NCBI GenBank assembly: GCA_963699755.1
Contig: CAVOVB010000001.1
Location: 704,001 to 768,000 of the forward strand
DNA from: an uncultured delta proteobacterium
GTDB taxonomy: Bacteria; Myxococcota_A; Polyangia; Polyangiales; Houyiibacteriaceae
Length of the DNA: 64,000 bases
Reading direction: 5' to 3'
Below, in pieces: positions 9,378-19,734 of the stretch (position 1 is the stretch's first letter; the number at the start of each line of letters is the position of its first letter). The notes beneath the pieces were generated by a model that did not search any database, was not told the origin of the DNA, and saw only the letters and a program-made list of their open reading frames with translations. The translations under genes and the position numbers were made by a program.

Positions 9378-11063
9378 GTGAGAGCTCGATACTTTGGGAT
9401 CTGCAGCGTGTTCGTGCTGCTCGGCTGCAACGGAACGATTGGTGGGGCCACAGATCAAGCTGGCGGCCCTGGAGCGCCTGGAACGCCGGCCCCTCGCTGC
9501 GGGCGCTCCGTCTGCGGCGCGACCGGTGAGCTAGCCGCAGGAACCGCGTTTCCGCGTCTCACTCATCGTCAATGGGAGAACAGCGTGGCCGATCTCCTCC
9601 GCCTCGCCGACCCACCCAATCTTTCCGGCAGCTTCGAGCCCGACACGAGAATCAGCTTCTTCGAGAACAACATCCGTGCGCTCCGGGTGAGCAGCGACCT
9701 CTGGGGCGACTACCAAGATGCGGCCGAAACACTGGCGGAAGCCGCGACGAGTAATGAAGCGGTGCTCAATGGCTTGCTACCGGACGGGCTTCCGAGTGAC
9801 CCAGCGGAACGCGTTCGCGCTCTGATTCGCGACTTGGGGCGGCGAGCCTACCGGCGTCCGCTCTCGAGCGAGGAGGTCGATGGGCACGTCGCACTCTTCG
9901 AGCAGGGCATCACGCATTTCCCCGACATGCCCGCGTTTGAGGGAGGGGTTCGCGTCTTGCTCGAAGCCCTGATGCAATCGCCTCATTTCTTGTACCGAGT
10001 CGAGCTCGGTCAAAGTCAGAATGGGGACACCGTGCAACTCGGCGACTTCGAGATCGCTTCACGACTCTCGTACATGATTTGGAACAGGGGGCCGGACGAC
10101 GCCTTGCTAGACCAAGCCGAGCAGGGCGCCTTGCATACTCCGGAGCAGATCGCGAGCCAGGCCGAACGATTGCTCGAGGACCCGCGTGGCCGGGCCATGC
10201 TCGAGCGCTTCCATTCGCAGCTCTTCAACTGGGACCTCTACCGCGACCTGAGCAAAAACCCTTCGGAGTTCCCGCTCTACTACGGCGGGGTAGGCCAGGA
10301 CATGTACGAGGAGGCACGCCGCTTCGTCGAGCACGTCGTAGAGACCGACGGGGATTTCACTGAGCTGCTGACCGCGCCCTACACCTTCGTCAACGCTGGG
10401 TTGGCCGCGATTTACGGGCTCGAGGGCGGATTCGACGATAGTTTCTCGCAGGCGAGCTTCGACGCGTTGGCTGAACCTCAGCGCGGCGGTCTTCTCACGC
10501 AGCTCGGCTTCTTGGCCTCTCACGGCGGGCTCACGGGCTCGGTTCACCGAGGCGTCTTCATCAATCACCGGGTTCTTTGTACCGAGTTGCCTCCGCCGCC
10601 AGACGTCATTCCGCCGATTCCCAGTGATGATGGGATCACGATGACTTCTCGACAACGGATCGAGATGCACACCGGTCCTGGGACCTGCGGTGCGAGCTGT
10701 CACGGGACCTACATCAACCCGGTCGGCTATGCTTTCGAAAGCTTTGATGGGCTCGGGCAATATCGGACCGAAGAGCTCGGGTTGCCAATCGACTCGGCAG
10801 CGAGCTTCGAGTTTGCTGACGGTCCGGTTTCGTTCGACGGGGCCGCTGAGCTCAATCAAGCCATGACCGAACGGGTGCAGACACACGACTGCTACGCCAA
10901 GCACTGGGTCGAGTATGCGCTCGGGCGCGACACCGCCGGCTCGGATCTCGACCTCATTCAGAAGATGGGCGACGCCTCTCTTGCGGGGCTCTCGATCAAG
11001 GAGCTCATCCTAGAGCTCGTCCGGAGCGAAGAGTTCCAGGCGCGCAACGCGGAGGGTTCATGA
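9378..11063 (+). CDS. DUF1592/DUF1588-family lipoprotein (copy 1)
   Basis: Lipobox VLLGC; RLTHRQWENSVADL, RRAYRRPL, SPHFLYRVE, ASRLSY, RGGLLTQ, CGASCH...NPVGYAFESFDGLG. Confidence 0.85.
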   Translation: MRARYFGICSVFVLLGCNGTIGGATDQAGGPGAPGTPAPRCGRSVCGATGELAAGTAFPRLTHRQWENSVADLLRLADPPNLSGSFEPDTRISFFENNIRALRVSSDLWGDYQDAAETLAEAATSNEAVLNGLLPDGLPSDPAERVRALIRDLGRRAYRRPLSSEEVDGHVALFEQGITHFPDMPAFEGGVRVLLEALMQSPHFLYRVELGQSQNGDTVQLGDFEIASRLSYMIWNRGPDDALLDQAEQGALHTPEQIASQAERLLEDPRGRAMLERFHSQLFNWDLYRDLSKNPSEFPLYYGGVGQDMYEEARRFVEHVVETDGDFTELLTAPYTFVNAGLAAIYGLEGGFDDSFSQASFDALAEPQRGGLLTQLGFLASHGGLTGSVHRGVFINHRVLCTELPPPPDVIPPIPSDDGITMTSRQRIEMHTGPGTCGASCHGTYINPVGYAFESFDGLGQYRTEELGLPIDSAASFEFADGPVSFDGAAELNQAMTERVQTHDCYAKHWVEYALGRDTAGSDLDLIQKMGDASLAGLSIKELILELVRSEEFQARNAEGS

Positions 11064-12481
11064 GCTTTTTCGGCAAACGGCCGTTCACGCGGCGACTCTT
11101 TCTCACGGGCGCCGCTGGCGTGACGGTGGGACTACCGTTCCTGGAGACCTTTTCATCGAAGATGGTTCGCGCGGCCGGACCCGACGATCCTGGTTTCGTC
11201 GTGTTCATGCGTCAGGGCAACGGGTGCTCCCAGGCCCTGCAGAACAGCAACCCAGCCGAGCCGGAGATGTTCTGGCCCCGCAATTTGGGAGCGCTCACCA
11301 CGGCCTCGATGCTCGCCGACGCCGACCGCGCGACCAGCGAGCTGAGCGCGCACGCAGACAAGCTCTTGATGGTTCGAGGGGTAAACGGCGCATTTTCAAT
11401 TTCCGGCTGTGGTCACGCGCGCGGAGCGCTCCAGGCACTGACCGCGCAACCCACTGGCGATTCCGAAGCGAGCAATAACTCCCTTGCGCTCGGCGAGTCG
11501 CTCGACAATCGAATCGCCCGAGAGCTCAACCCCGACGGCCGAGGGCCCCTCACCCTCGCCGCAATGCGACCGTACAACTTCCTCGACAGCGTCCTCTCTT
11601 ATCGCGGGCCCAACGATCGCCGCGGTGCACAGACGAACCCAAAGGTCGCGTTCGACGACATCATGGGACTAGTCAATCTGGACGAGGGCTCGGCGAATGC
11701 GATCGCGCTCCGCCGCCAAAGCGTCAACGACCTCGTGCGCGACCAGATGCAGTCCCTCTTGAATCGAAGCGACCTGAGCTCGGACGATCGCGCTCGTCTC
11801 GACTTGCACTTCTCTGCGATTCGGGACCTCGAGCTTCGGCTTGCGGAGTGCACGCCACTAGCGCCTGCCGCCGTCAACGCGATCAGCGCGATCGACGGCG
11901 CTCACGAGAACGGCGACCGCGTCGTCGAAGTCGCAGAGCTACACATCGACGTGATCGCGCTTGCACTGAGCTGCGGCTATACGCACGCGGTGACTCTTCA
12001 AATCGGCAACGGCAACGACGGGACGCGATACCGCTGGCAAGGCGAGGAGTTTCCGTCGTATCACTGGATCTCGCATCGCATCTTTGCGGACGGCTCGGAC
12101 GGCGATCCGATCCCCGACGCGCAGGCGAAACATTCGGCCGTAGACCGCATCCACGCGCGCCTCTTCGCAAGACTGCTCGACCGGCTCTCGGCCTATACGA
12201 CCGAAACGGGAACGCTTCTCGACAAGGGCGTCTGCGCCTGGATCAACGACCTCTCGAACGGCCCACCGCACTCGATCAACAACCTGCCGTACATCCTCGC
12301 CGGCAGCGCCGACGGCTACCTCAAGACCGGGACCTATGTCGACGCAGGCGGCGTTCCGCACAACAAACTGCTCAACACCCTGGCCACCGCCGTCGGGCTT
12401 AGGAAGGACAACGGAGAGCCAGTCGACGATTTCGGGCATGCGAGTCTCGAGCGCGGTCTGATCGACACAATGCTGGCTTGA
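11060..12481 (+). CDS. DUF1552-family protein with Tat-like signal (copy 1)
   Basis: TRRLFLTGAAG...LPFLE, SLDNRIA, DRARLDLHFSAIRDLELRL, GTLLD, PHSINNLP; ATGA overlap with upstream gene. Confidence 0.85.
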   Translation: MSFFGKRPFTRRLFLTGAAGVTVGLPFLETFSSKMVRAAGPDDPGFVVFMRQGNGCSQALQNSNPAEPEMFWPRNLGALTTASMLADADRATSELSAHADKLLMVRGVNGAFSISGCGHARGALQALTAQPTGDSEASNNSLALGESLDNRIARELNPDGRGPLTLAAMRPYNFLDSVLSYRGPNDRRGAQTNPKVAFDDIMGLVNLDEGSANAIALRRQSVNDLVRDQMQSLLNRSDLSSDDRARLDLHFSAIRDLELRLAECTPLAPAAVNAISAIDGAHENGDRVVEVAELHIDVIALALSCGYTHAVTLQIGNGNDGTRYRWQGEEFPSYHWISHRIFADGSDGDPIPDAQAKHSAVDRIHARLFARLLDRLSAYTTETGTLLDKGVCAWINDLSNGPPHSINNLPYILAGSADGYLKTGTYVDAGGVPHNKLLNTLATAVGLRKDNGEPVDDFGHASLERGLIDTMLA

Positions 12482-12525
12482 CTCGGGCCAAGCTATGATC
12501 TCGGTCGTGCTATAGTTGAGAGCAG

Positions 12526-13248
12526 ATGGTGGAACCTACAGGGATTTGCGATACGCATGCGCTCCCGCTCGATAGGGACGGCGAGTGCGAGTTGTGTCGC
12601 CTGAACCTGATGCCCTCGAAGGCGCCGCCGAGCTCCAGTGCATGGTGGATGCTGATCATCCCTCTTCTGCTGCTCGGCGCCGGTGCCGCCTGGGCGTTCG
12701 CTTCTCTGGGCTCCCGTCCCGAAGCCGCCCCCCAACGAGGCGTCCGCGTCACCGAGCCTCGGCCCGCCTCCCGTGCCCCGGTCAATCCGAGGCCCAAGGA
12801 ACCCGAGCCTGAAACCAGCCCGCTGCCACCCGAACCTCCCATTCCCGCTGAGATGAGCCCAAACAAGAACATCCCGGTTCCGAAACCGAGTGGGGACGAG
12901 ACGCCACAAAGCACCGAGCTCGATCGGCAACCGAACGGTCTGACCGGAGCAGCCGCCGAAAAGGGCCCCGATTGGAAATGGGAGCTCGCCCGAAAGCGCG
13001 TGATGATCACGATGTACGCGACGCAGTGGTGCGGTGCGTGTAAGGCAGCGCGCGCGTACCTGGAGGCAAACCGGATCGACTTCACGGAGCTCGACACCGA
13101 TGACAACGCCGCCGCGAAAGAGCGCCTTGGCGAGCTCAACCCTCTCAACACGATCCCCACTTTCCAAATCGACGAGCTGGTGTACGTTGGCTTTCAAAAC
13201 GAGCTCTTCGAGGCGAATCTCGACAAGGCCGCGCAGAAGCATCTTTAG
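12526..13248 (+). CDS. Membrane-anchored glutaredoxin-like protein
   Basis: N-terminal CDTH...CELC, one TM, Pro-rich linker, ITMYATQWCGACKAAR...TIPTF...VGF. Confidence 0.8.
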   Translation: MVEPTGICDTHALPLDRDGECELCRLNLMPSKAPPSSSAWWMLIIPLLLLGAGAAWAFASLGSRPEAAPQRGVRVTEPRPASRAPVNPRPKEPEPETSPLPPEPPIPAEMSPNKNIPVPKPSGDETPQSTELDRQPNGLTGAAAEKGPDWKWELARKRVMITMYATQWCGACKAARAYLEANRIDFTELDTDDNAAAKERLGELNPLNTIPTFQIDELVYVGFQNELFEANLDKAAQKHL

Positions 13249-13399
13249 CATCACCCCGATCTCAGAAGACCCGGAGGCGCGGGAAAATGGGGCCACTGCG
13301 CTGATCCACCACCTCCATGAGCGAGCCGTTACACTTTCCGATTCTGCGTAAAATGGCCGTCTAGTTTGCATTGGCCGGGACATCCCCGATAATCGGAAC

Positions 13400-13888
13400 A
13401 TGGGGGGGGTGCCGAACATCGATGCGCCGCCGAAGGGCGTAGGCCTTCGGTTCGACGTCTCGATGTGGCCGCTGACCGTGATCTCGATGCCGCCCGTGAT
13501 GGCGCAGGCTGACATCAAGTACATGCAAGACTGCTACGAGCACGTCTTCGCAGCGCCGACGCGACATGCCCTGATCGTCGATGCGACGACGTTCGTGCGA
13601 GTGCCTGATGCGACGCTGCGAAGGCAGATGAAGGCGTTCGAAGACAGCCGACGACCAATCATTCGTGAGAAGAATATCGGCAGCGCGATCATCATTCAGA
13701 GCGCAGTCGTTCGAGGTGCGTACACGGCCCTCCGGTGGATTTCCCCGCAGCCCGCCCCGAATCGAGCCTTCCCCAATCTGCGAGAGGCCGCCGAGTGGTG
13801 CGTACAGGGAATCGAAGAAGACGGGCAGATCGTACCCATCGCCGCGTACACGCTTGCCGGCCTTACGGGGCACGCTTCGACGGGTTGA
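13400..13888 (+). CDS. Hypothetical protein, possibly STAS/SpoIIAA-like
   Basis: 162-aa ORF filling the gap; alpha/beta pattern (ALIVD, SAIII...VRGAYTALRW, EAAEW). Confidence 0.6.
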   Translation: MGGVPNIDAPPKGVGLRFDVSMWPLTVISMPPVMAQADIKYMQDCYEHVFAAPTRHALIVDATTFVRVPDATLRRQMKAFEDSRRPIIREKNIGSAIIIQSAVVRGAYTALRWISPQPAPNRAFPNLREAAEWCVQGIEEDGQIVPIAAYTLAGLTGHASTG

Positions 13889-13941
13889 GCAGCCCAGAGC
13901 TTACGAGTCTCGATCCCGTTCGAGTGGCCGCGAGCTTCGTG

Positions 13942-15120
13942 TCACGATGAGCTGCGCATACTTCGAGACGAGCCCAAAAGCATTGCGAGCCAGGACCATT
14001 CCGTCGATTGGGCTGCGGTCATTCGCACGATGATCGTGAGCGGAACCGATAGCAGCGCGCCGATCGGCCCGAGCACGAATCCCCAAAAGACCATCGAGAG
14101 GACCACCACCGTAGGCGAGAGGTCTGTTGCCTGACCTGCCCAGCGCGGCTCGATCAAGATGCCGATGAGCAGGTTGATCAGACCATAGCCTGCGGCCAGC
14201 CCGAATGCGGGGAGCCAGCCGAGGGTGATGAGGCATAGCGCGATCGCTGGAATCGATGCGAGAATGCTTCCGATGCTGGGGATGTAGTTGAGAATGAAGG
14301 CCATTAGTCCAAAGAGCAGCGAATGGCCGAGCCCGACGACACTGGTCAGACCGGCGACGAGTAGCCCCGTTACCGTGCTCGTCACCGTCTTGATGAGGAG
14401 ATAGCGCTGGACGTCGCGAGCCGCCCCTTTGAGCGTCTGTACCCCGAGCCGGCCCAGGTGATCGGTTCCAGAGAGCTTCTGGGCTATCGAACCGCTCTCG
14501 ACGACCAGGAACACGGTGATCAGCAGGACGAGCGAACCGGCGGACACGACGCTGAGTGCGAGCGTCAGGCCCGGAAGCGTGAGACCCCGCACCAACTCGC
14601 TCGGATCGAACTGCTCTACCGCAGTGGCGGGGATGCCGAGCCCCTGAGCCCAGAGCCACGACGCCGCCTCGAACTGCAAGCGATCGAAATCCTCGCGATA
14701 CTGGCTGAACGCCATGGCAAAATCGGTGGCCGCACGAGTCGTGAGAAAGCCGAGGGCTGTCACGACGGCGACCGCCGCAAGACAGGCCAGTGCGACCGCA
14801 AGCCAATGAGGAACGCCGCGGCGGGTGAGGTCGAGAATCTTCGATAGGCTGATCGCGATGAGGCTCGCGAGAAGAATGGGAATCACAATCGGCTGCCCCA
14901 AGTGCAGCACGACCAAGAACACCCCAAAGGCAGCCAAGCGAACCATCGAAAGAAGGCTAGCACTCAATCGGATGGCGGGGGAACGCGACAAGCCGGCCAC
15001 GATCGACCAGGAGATCGGAGAGCGCCTCGCGACAGGCATGCTCACGATTGGGCGCCCCGAAGCCACGTCTGCTCGAGGAGCCATGCTTCTAGGCGCCGGC
15101 CCAGTCGGCGTGCTGCCCAT
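13942..15120 (-). CDS. AI-2E family transporter (start may lie downstream)
   Basis: RYLLIKT, FILNYIPSIGS, IEPR, LSP, FWGFVLGPIGALLSVPLT. Confidence 0.85.
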   Translation of the reverse strand: MGSTPTGPAPRSMAPRADVASGRPIVSMPVARRSPISWSIVAGLSRSPAIRLSASLLSMVRLAAFGVFLVVLHLGQPIVIPILLASLIAISLSKILDLTRRGVPHWLAVALACLAAVAVVTALGFLTTRAATDFAMAFSQYREDFDRLQFEAASWLWAQGLGIPATAVEQFDPSELVRGLTLPGLTLALSVVSAGSLVLLITVFLVVESGSIAQKLSGTDHLGRLGVQTLKGAARDVQRYLLIKTVTSTVTGLLVAGLTSVVGLGHSLLFGLMAFILNYIPSIGSILASIPAIALCLITLGWLPAFGLAAGYGLINLLIGILIEPRWAGQATDLSPTVVVLSMVFWGFVLGPIGALLSVPLTIIVRMTAAQSTEWSWLAMLLGSSRSMRSSS

Positions 15121-15168
15121 CCGGAGCCGTTCTCCTCTTGAATGAAGTTGAATGCAGGGACGCTGTGA

Positions 15169-15549
15169 CTACGACGTCTTGCCGAGCATTAGTCGGAAGA
15201 ATGAGGCGCCGGTGTGTTTCATCGTTCCGATGATGTAGACGAGCCCGATCAGCCCATCGAACGCCACGATGCCGTATTGCCAGGATTCGGCGATGCCTTT
15301 TGGAACCATGTAGAGGATGCTGGCACAGGCCGTCAGTCGAACAAAACCCTGCCAGAAGACGATTGGGGCGCGCACTTTCATGTCTTGCGCAGACCAGATG
15401 AGCGCTGCGCCGGCAAAGATCAGGAATGAACCGCAGGTCATGAGCGCGCCGAAGTGCGTGTCCTGCGGCTCGAGAATTGCCGCCGCCCAGGTTGCCAGGC
15501 CGATGGGGATATCCAGAAACCCGGTGACCAGCACGAACTTTCTAAGCAT
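15169..15549 (-). CDS. Hypothetical membrane protein
   Basis: 126 aa, about 4 TM segments, GGAG RBS. Confidence 0.65.
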   Translation of the reverse strand: MLRKFVLVTGFLDIPIGLATWAAAILEPQDTHFGALMTCGSFLIFAGAALIWSAQDMKVRAPIVFWQGFVRLTACASILYMVPKGIAESWQYGIVAFDGLIGLVYIIGTMKHTGASFFRLMLGKTS

Positions 15550-15710
15550 CCTACTCTCCTTGTGCGCCCGAGACCGAGCGGCGGCGCGACTCTAAACGAC
15601 GCGCCCGCAGCTGTCACTTGGTTCGCTCCGAATGCAAGGCCACCGTTGCGCCGGGCGCTGCGAGAGCGTACCGTCTGCGACGGTCGGGCATCGACTTCGA
15701 GGACACTCAC

Positions 15711-17369
15711 GTGCATACGATCCATCGCACGCTAGCTTGGCTGATCGCCACTGCGGGCTCGCTGCTCATCAGCATGGCGGGTTGCAGCAGTAGCCCGGCC
15801 ACAGAGATCGAGGTAGACGCGGGTCCGATTGCTCTACGGCGCCTCACCGCAGAGCAGTTCGGCCGAAGCATCCATGACGTGCTCGGCGAGCACATTACGG
15901 TGCCGAGGCGCATCGACCCAGACGATCGGCGCGCCGGGCTTCTCTCGGTCGGGGCTTCATTTGCGAGCGTGACGCCGTCGGGCTTCGAAAAGTACGAAGC
16001 GGCGGCGGCGGCGGTGGCGGAGCAAGCGCTCAACGCTTCACATCGCGATGAGCTGGTCCCATGCCAACCAGCTACGGCGACCGCGAGCGATGAGGACTGC
16101 GCCCGAATGTTCCTCGAGCGGGTCGGGCGCCGGTTGTTCCGGCGCTCATTGACAGCGGAAGAGACCGATGCTCGAGTCGGGATTGCCAACCAAGCGGCGG
16201 ACACGCTCCGTGACTTCTACGCCGGCCTCGAGCTAGGGCTGATGAGCTTCCTGGTCTCACCCGAATTCCTTTTTCGCGTCGAGGTTGCAGATCCAAACCC
16301 TGCTGATCCGTCGGTCGGGCGCCTCAGCAGCATCTCGATGGCTTCCCGCCTGAGCTATCTCCTCTGGGACAGTACCCCCGACGAGGACCTCTTGGCAGCC
16401 GGGGAGAACGGCGACCTCATCACCGAAGACGGGCTGGCAGCGCAGGTCGAGCGCATGCTCACCTCTCCCAAGCTCGAGACGGGCCTCCGCGCGATATTCT
16501 CGGACCTTTACGATTTCAAGCAGTTCGATGACGGCCTGGTCCGCAAAGATAACGCGCTCTTTCCCGTGTACACGCAGAGCATGGTCGAGGAGGCCAAGGA
16601 GCAAACCCTCCGCACCATCGTCGCACACGTGACCGGGGAGCGTGACTACCGCGATCTATTCACGACTCGCGAGTCATTCATGACCCGAAGGCTCGGTGTC
16701 GTGTATCGCTTGCCTGTCGCAACGGCCGATGGTTGGCAACCCTACACCTTCCCCGACGACGCTGGCCGAGCGGGTCTGCTCGCTCACATCAGCTTCAACG
16801 CGCTGCACTCCCATCCAGGTCGAAGCTCCGCCACGCTCCGTGGCAAGTTCGTGCGCGAGGTCTTGCTCTGCCAGGATATCCCAACCCCGCCGGCCAACGT
16901 CGATTTCTCAATCGTCGAAAACACGACCGGCGAGCTACGAACCGCGCGGGAACGCTTGGAGAAACACGTGGCGAGCCAAGCCTGCGCTGGATGTCACACC
17001 CTGACCGATCCCATCGGTCTGGCGCTCGAGAGCTTCGATGCGGTGGGTATGTTTCGCGAAGAAGAAAACGGCGCTCTGATCGACACTTCGGGCGAGCTCG
17101 ACGGGATCGCGTATGACGACGCTGTGGGAATGGGCCAGGCACTGCGCGACAACCCAGCGCTTGCCCCGTGCTTGGTGCGGAGCGTCTTCCGCTACGCGGT
17201 GGGTCGGAGCTTCGAGCCTGGGGAAGAAGCCCTTCTCGAATCCTTGGACGATCGCTTCGCCAAATCGGGGTACCGCGTGACCGAGCTCCTGCGCGAGATC
17301 GTCTTGAGCGATGGGTTCCGCACGACCTCGGGGCCACGCGAAGCCGAAGCCCCTGGAGACGAGTCGTGA
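15711..17369 (+). CDS. DUF1592/DUF1588-family lipoprotein (copy 2)
   Basis: Start re-called at GTG 15711 after GAGGA; lipobox MAGC; RRLTAEQ, SPEFLFR, ASRLSYLLW, RAGLL, SATLRG, CAGCH...DPIGLALESFDAVG. Confidence 0.85.
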   Translation: MHTIHRTLAWLIATAGSLLISMAGCSSSPATEIEVDAGPIALRRLTAEQFGRSIHDVLGEHITVPRRIDPDDRRAGLLSVGASFASVTPSGFEKYEAAAAAVAEQALNASHRDELVPCQPATATASDEDCARMFLERVGRRLFRRSLTAEETDARVGIANQAADTLRDFYAGLELGLMSFLVSPEFLFRVEVADPNPADPSVGRLSSISMASRLSYLLWDSTPDEDLLAAGENGDLITEDGLAAQVERMLTSPKLETGLRAIFSDLYDFKQFDDGLVRKDNALFPVYTQSMVEEAKEQTLRTIVAHVTGERDYRDLFTTRESFMTRRLGVVYRLPVATADGWQPYTFPDDAGRAGLLAHISFNALHSHPGRSSATLRGKFVREVLLCQDIPTPPANVDFSIVENTTGELRTARERLEKHVASQACAGCHTLTDPIGLALESFDAVGMFREEENGALIDTSGELDGIAYDDAVGMGQALRDNPALAPCLVRSVFRYAVGRSFEPGEEALLESLDDRFAKSGYRVTELLREIVLSDGFRTTSGPREAEAPGDES

Positions 17370-18721
17370 AGCGGTTCGATCGCAGAGCTCTTCTTCGCGG
17401 CGCGTTGGCTGGCGGCACAGTCTCGATGGGGCTGCCCCTGCTCGATTGCTTTTTGAATGAGAATGCGACCGCGATGGCCCAAGGCGCGCCGCTGCCACTC
17501 CGATTCGGCGCCTGGATGTGGGGCTGTGGCATGAATCCCGGTCGCTGGACCCCGAACAGCCAAGGCACTGGCTTCGAATTGCCGATCGAGCTGCAGGCCC
17601 TCGACCGTCCGCTCGCAAGCGGCGGCAAGCTTCGGGACCAGGTCAGCGTCTTGAGCGGCTTCGACGTCCATCTCGATGGGCGGCCGAACTTTCCCCACAC
17701 CGCCGGCCTGATGGGCACCCTGACAGGCAGCCTGCCGCTCGAGGACTACACGGTGCCAGCGCCTACGCTCGATACCATCATCGCGGGGCAAGTCGGTGGT
17801 GCCACCCGATTCCGCTCTCTTGAAATGTCCTGTACGGGCAATCGAAATCAAAGCTACAGCTACGAAAGCCAAAGTGTCTTCAACGCACCCGAGATTTCCC
17901 CCATGGCCTTGTACACGCGAGTGTTCGGCCCCGAGTTCGCCGACCCAAATGCGGGGCCGTTCACGCCAGACCCGCGTGTAATGCTCCGACAAAGCGTGCT
18001 CTCCGCGGTCAAAGCCGACCGTGATCGCTTGCTTCAACGGGTGGGCACGCACGACAGGGAACGGCTCGATCAGTACTTCACCTCGGTCCGGCAGCTTGAG
18101 CAGCAGCTCGACATCTTGCTCGCCGGACCGCCGGACCTCGAGAGTTGCTCGCGCGCGCCAGCACCAGGCGCCGAGAGCCTTGGGACCGAAGTTGGGCAGT
18201 CGATGTCGACCAATCGACTGATGGCCAGCCTGCTTTCTTTCGCGCTCGCATGTGACCAGACTCGGGTCTTCAGCATGATGTTCTCGGACCGGATTTCAGG
18301 CCTGCGCCAACCGGGGTCGAGCTCCCAACACCACCAGCTCACCCACGATGAGGCCCTGAACCCGGATCTCGGCTACCAGCCGGAGGCTACCGAGTTCGTG
18401 TACAGCTCCATGGAAGCCTGGGCCGACTTCGTAGAGCGTCTCGCCGCGATCCCTGAAGGCGATGGGACCCTGCTCGACAACTGTCTCGTATTCGCACATT
18501 CGGATGTTTCGCTTGCCAAGATTCACGGCATCACCGGCATCCCGATGATGATCGCCGGACGCGCTCGGGGAGCCTTGAAGACCGGGGTTCACGTCGCTGG
18601 CGCCACCTCGCCGACGACCCGCGTGGGGCTCACGATCCAGCAGGTCATGGGCTTGAACACCGAGAGCTGGGGCACCCGCTCGATGGAAGCCACGCAGCCG
18701 ATCAGCGAGATCTTGGTCTGA
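17366..18721 (+). CDS. DUF1552-family protein with Tat-like signal (copy 2)
   Basis: GTG 17366 overlapping upstream TGA; DRRALLRG...LPLLD, TLDTIIA, DRERLDQYFTSVRQLE, ACDQTRV, EGDGTLLDN. Confidence 0.85.
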   Translation: MKRFDRRALLRGALAGGTVSMGLPLLDCFLNENATAMAQGAPLPLRFGAWMWGCGMNPGRWTPNSQGTGFELPIELQALDRPLASGGKLRDQVSVLSGFDVHLDGRPNFPHTAGLMGTLTGSLPLEDYTVPAPTLDTIIAGQVGGATRFRSLEMSCTGNRNQSYSYESQSVFNAPEISPMALYTRVFGPEFADPNAGPFTPDPRVMLRQSVLSAVKADRDRLLQRVGTHDRERLDQYFTSVRQLEQQLDILLAGPPDLESCSRAPAPGAESLGTEVGQSMSTNRLMASLLSFALACDQTRVFSMMFSDRISGLRQPGSSSQHHQLTHDEALNPDLGYQPEATEFVYSSMEAWADFVERLAAIPEGDGTLLDNCLVFAHSDVSLAKIHGITGIPMMIAGRARGALKTGVHVAGATSPTTRVGLTIQQVMGLNTESWGTRSMEATQPISEILV

Positions 18722-18863
18722 GCGGGCCTTCGCACCGAGCTTCCTGTGATCCAGCACACAGTGAAGCGCCCTTGTCATTGACGCTGTAAAAACGCACCCC
18801 GAAACTACTAAGACGCGATGCCGGCCCGAGGGGAGGGTCTGCATCGGCAGTGAGGGGGATTCG

Positions 18864-19613
18864 ATGGCACGCTTTGGGTTGGTTCTTGGGGCATTTTGGA
18901 TGACGACGCTGGGCGCCAGCGCGCAGGACTTGCCGGGGACCTTCTCCGTCGAGCAGAACGGCGTCACGCTCGCCGGAGACGGCGATGCAGCAGGCGAAGT
19001 CCCGGCGGACGCTCCAGAACGAAGCAAGGTCTACGACAAGAGAGTCGGAGGGATTGTCTGGCTCGAGGCTACGGCAGGCCCATCGAGGTTTGACGTGACG
19101 CGATTTCGGACGCTCAAGCTCATCCCCGACCAAATCAGCTCGTTCATTCCAAGCGTGGTCGTGAGCGGTCCCGAGTTCGGTGCTGCCCTTCGCTTTCGCG
19201 CCGGCTCGTCGACGATAGGTGCGCGCTTCAAGCACGCAGACTACGACCCGTTCAATCTGACCTCGATCGGTTTGGACCTCGGTTTCCTGATCCGCGCGGT
19301 TCCGTACGTGCACCCATCGATCCGGCTCGGTTTCAACTACTACATGACGACTGGCGGCCTCATTATTCCGGAGCTCCAAGGCGACTTGAACAATGTCCGT
19401 AGCCAGGGTGGCGGCGCATCGATCGGTGTAGGTCTTCGCATCCCAATCGTGAAATGGTTGTCGATCGCGGCTGACTTCGACTACTCGATTATCGGCCTTT
19501 CCTTTCGAGGGAGCTACAACGTTCCCGGTGTCGGCGCGCTCGGGTTCACCGCTGGCACCGCCGGCACCGCTATCGCCGGAACGTTTGCTCTGACCGTGCA
19601 CCTCGGCGGCTGA
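18864..19613 (+). CDS. Putative small outer-membrane beta-barrel protein
   Basis: Signal peptide (ASA-Q), amphipathic beta strands, GGGASIGVGLRIPI. Confidence 0.6.
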   Translation: MARFGLVLGAFWMTTLGASAQDLPGTFSVEQNGVTLAGDGDAAGEVPADAPERSKVYDKRVGGIVWLEATAGPSRFDVTRFRTLKLIPDQISSFIPSVVVSGPEFGAALRFRAGSSTIGARFKHADYDPFNLTSIGLDLGFLIRAVPYVHPSIRLGFNYYMTTGGLIIPELQGDLNNVRSQGGGASIGVGLRIPIVKWLSIAADFDYSIIGLSFRGSYNVPGVGALGFTAGTAGTAIAGTFALTVHLGG

Positions 19614-19734
19614 CCCGTCCCAGAGGCCGCGCGACAGGCGCACACAGTGTTGCACGTAAGGGTGTCTTCTTCCGCAATCTGGCTATAGTGACCAGGTCGC
19701 AGAGCGCGCTTCGTCCCTGTGCCGAGTCGAGCCG

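Noticed and set aside
13354..13371. Sigma-54-like TGGC...TTGC
   Set aside because: GG-to-GC spacing is 11 nt rather than 10.
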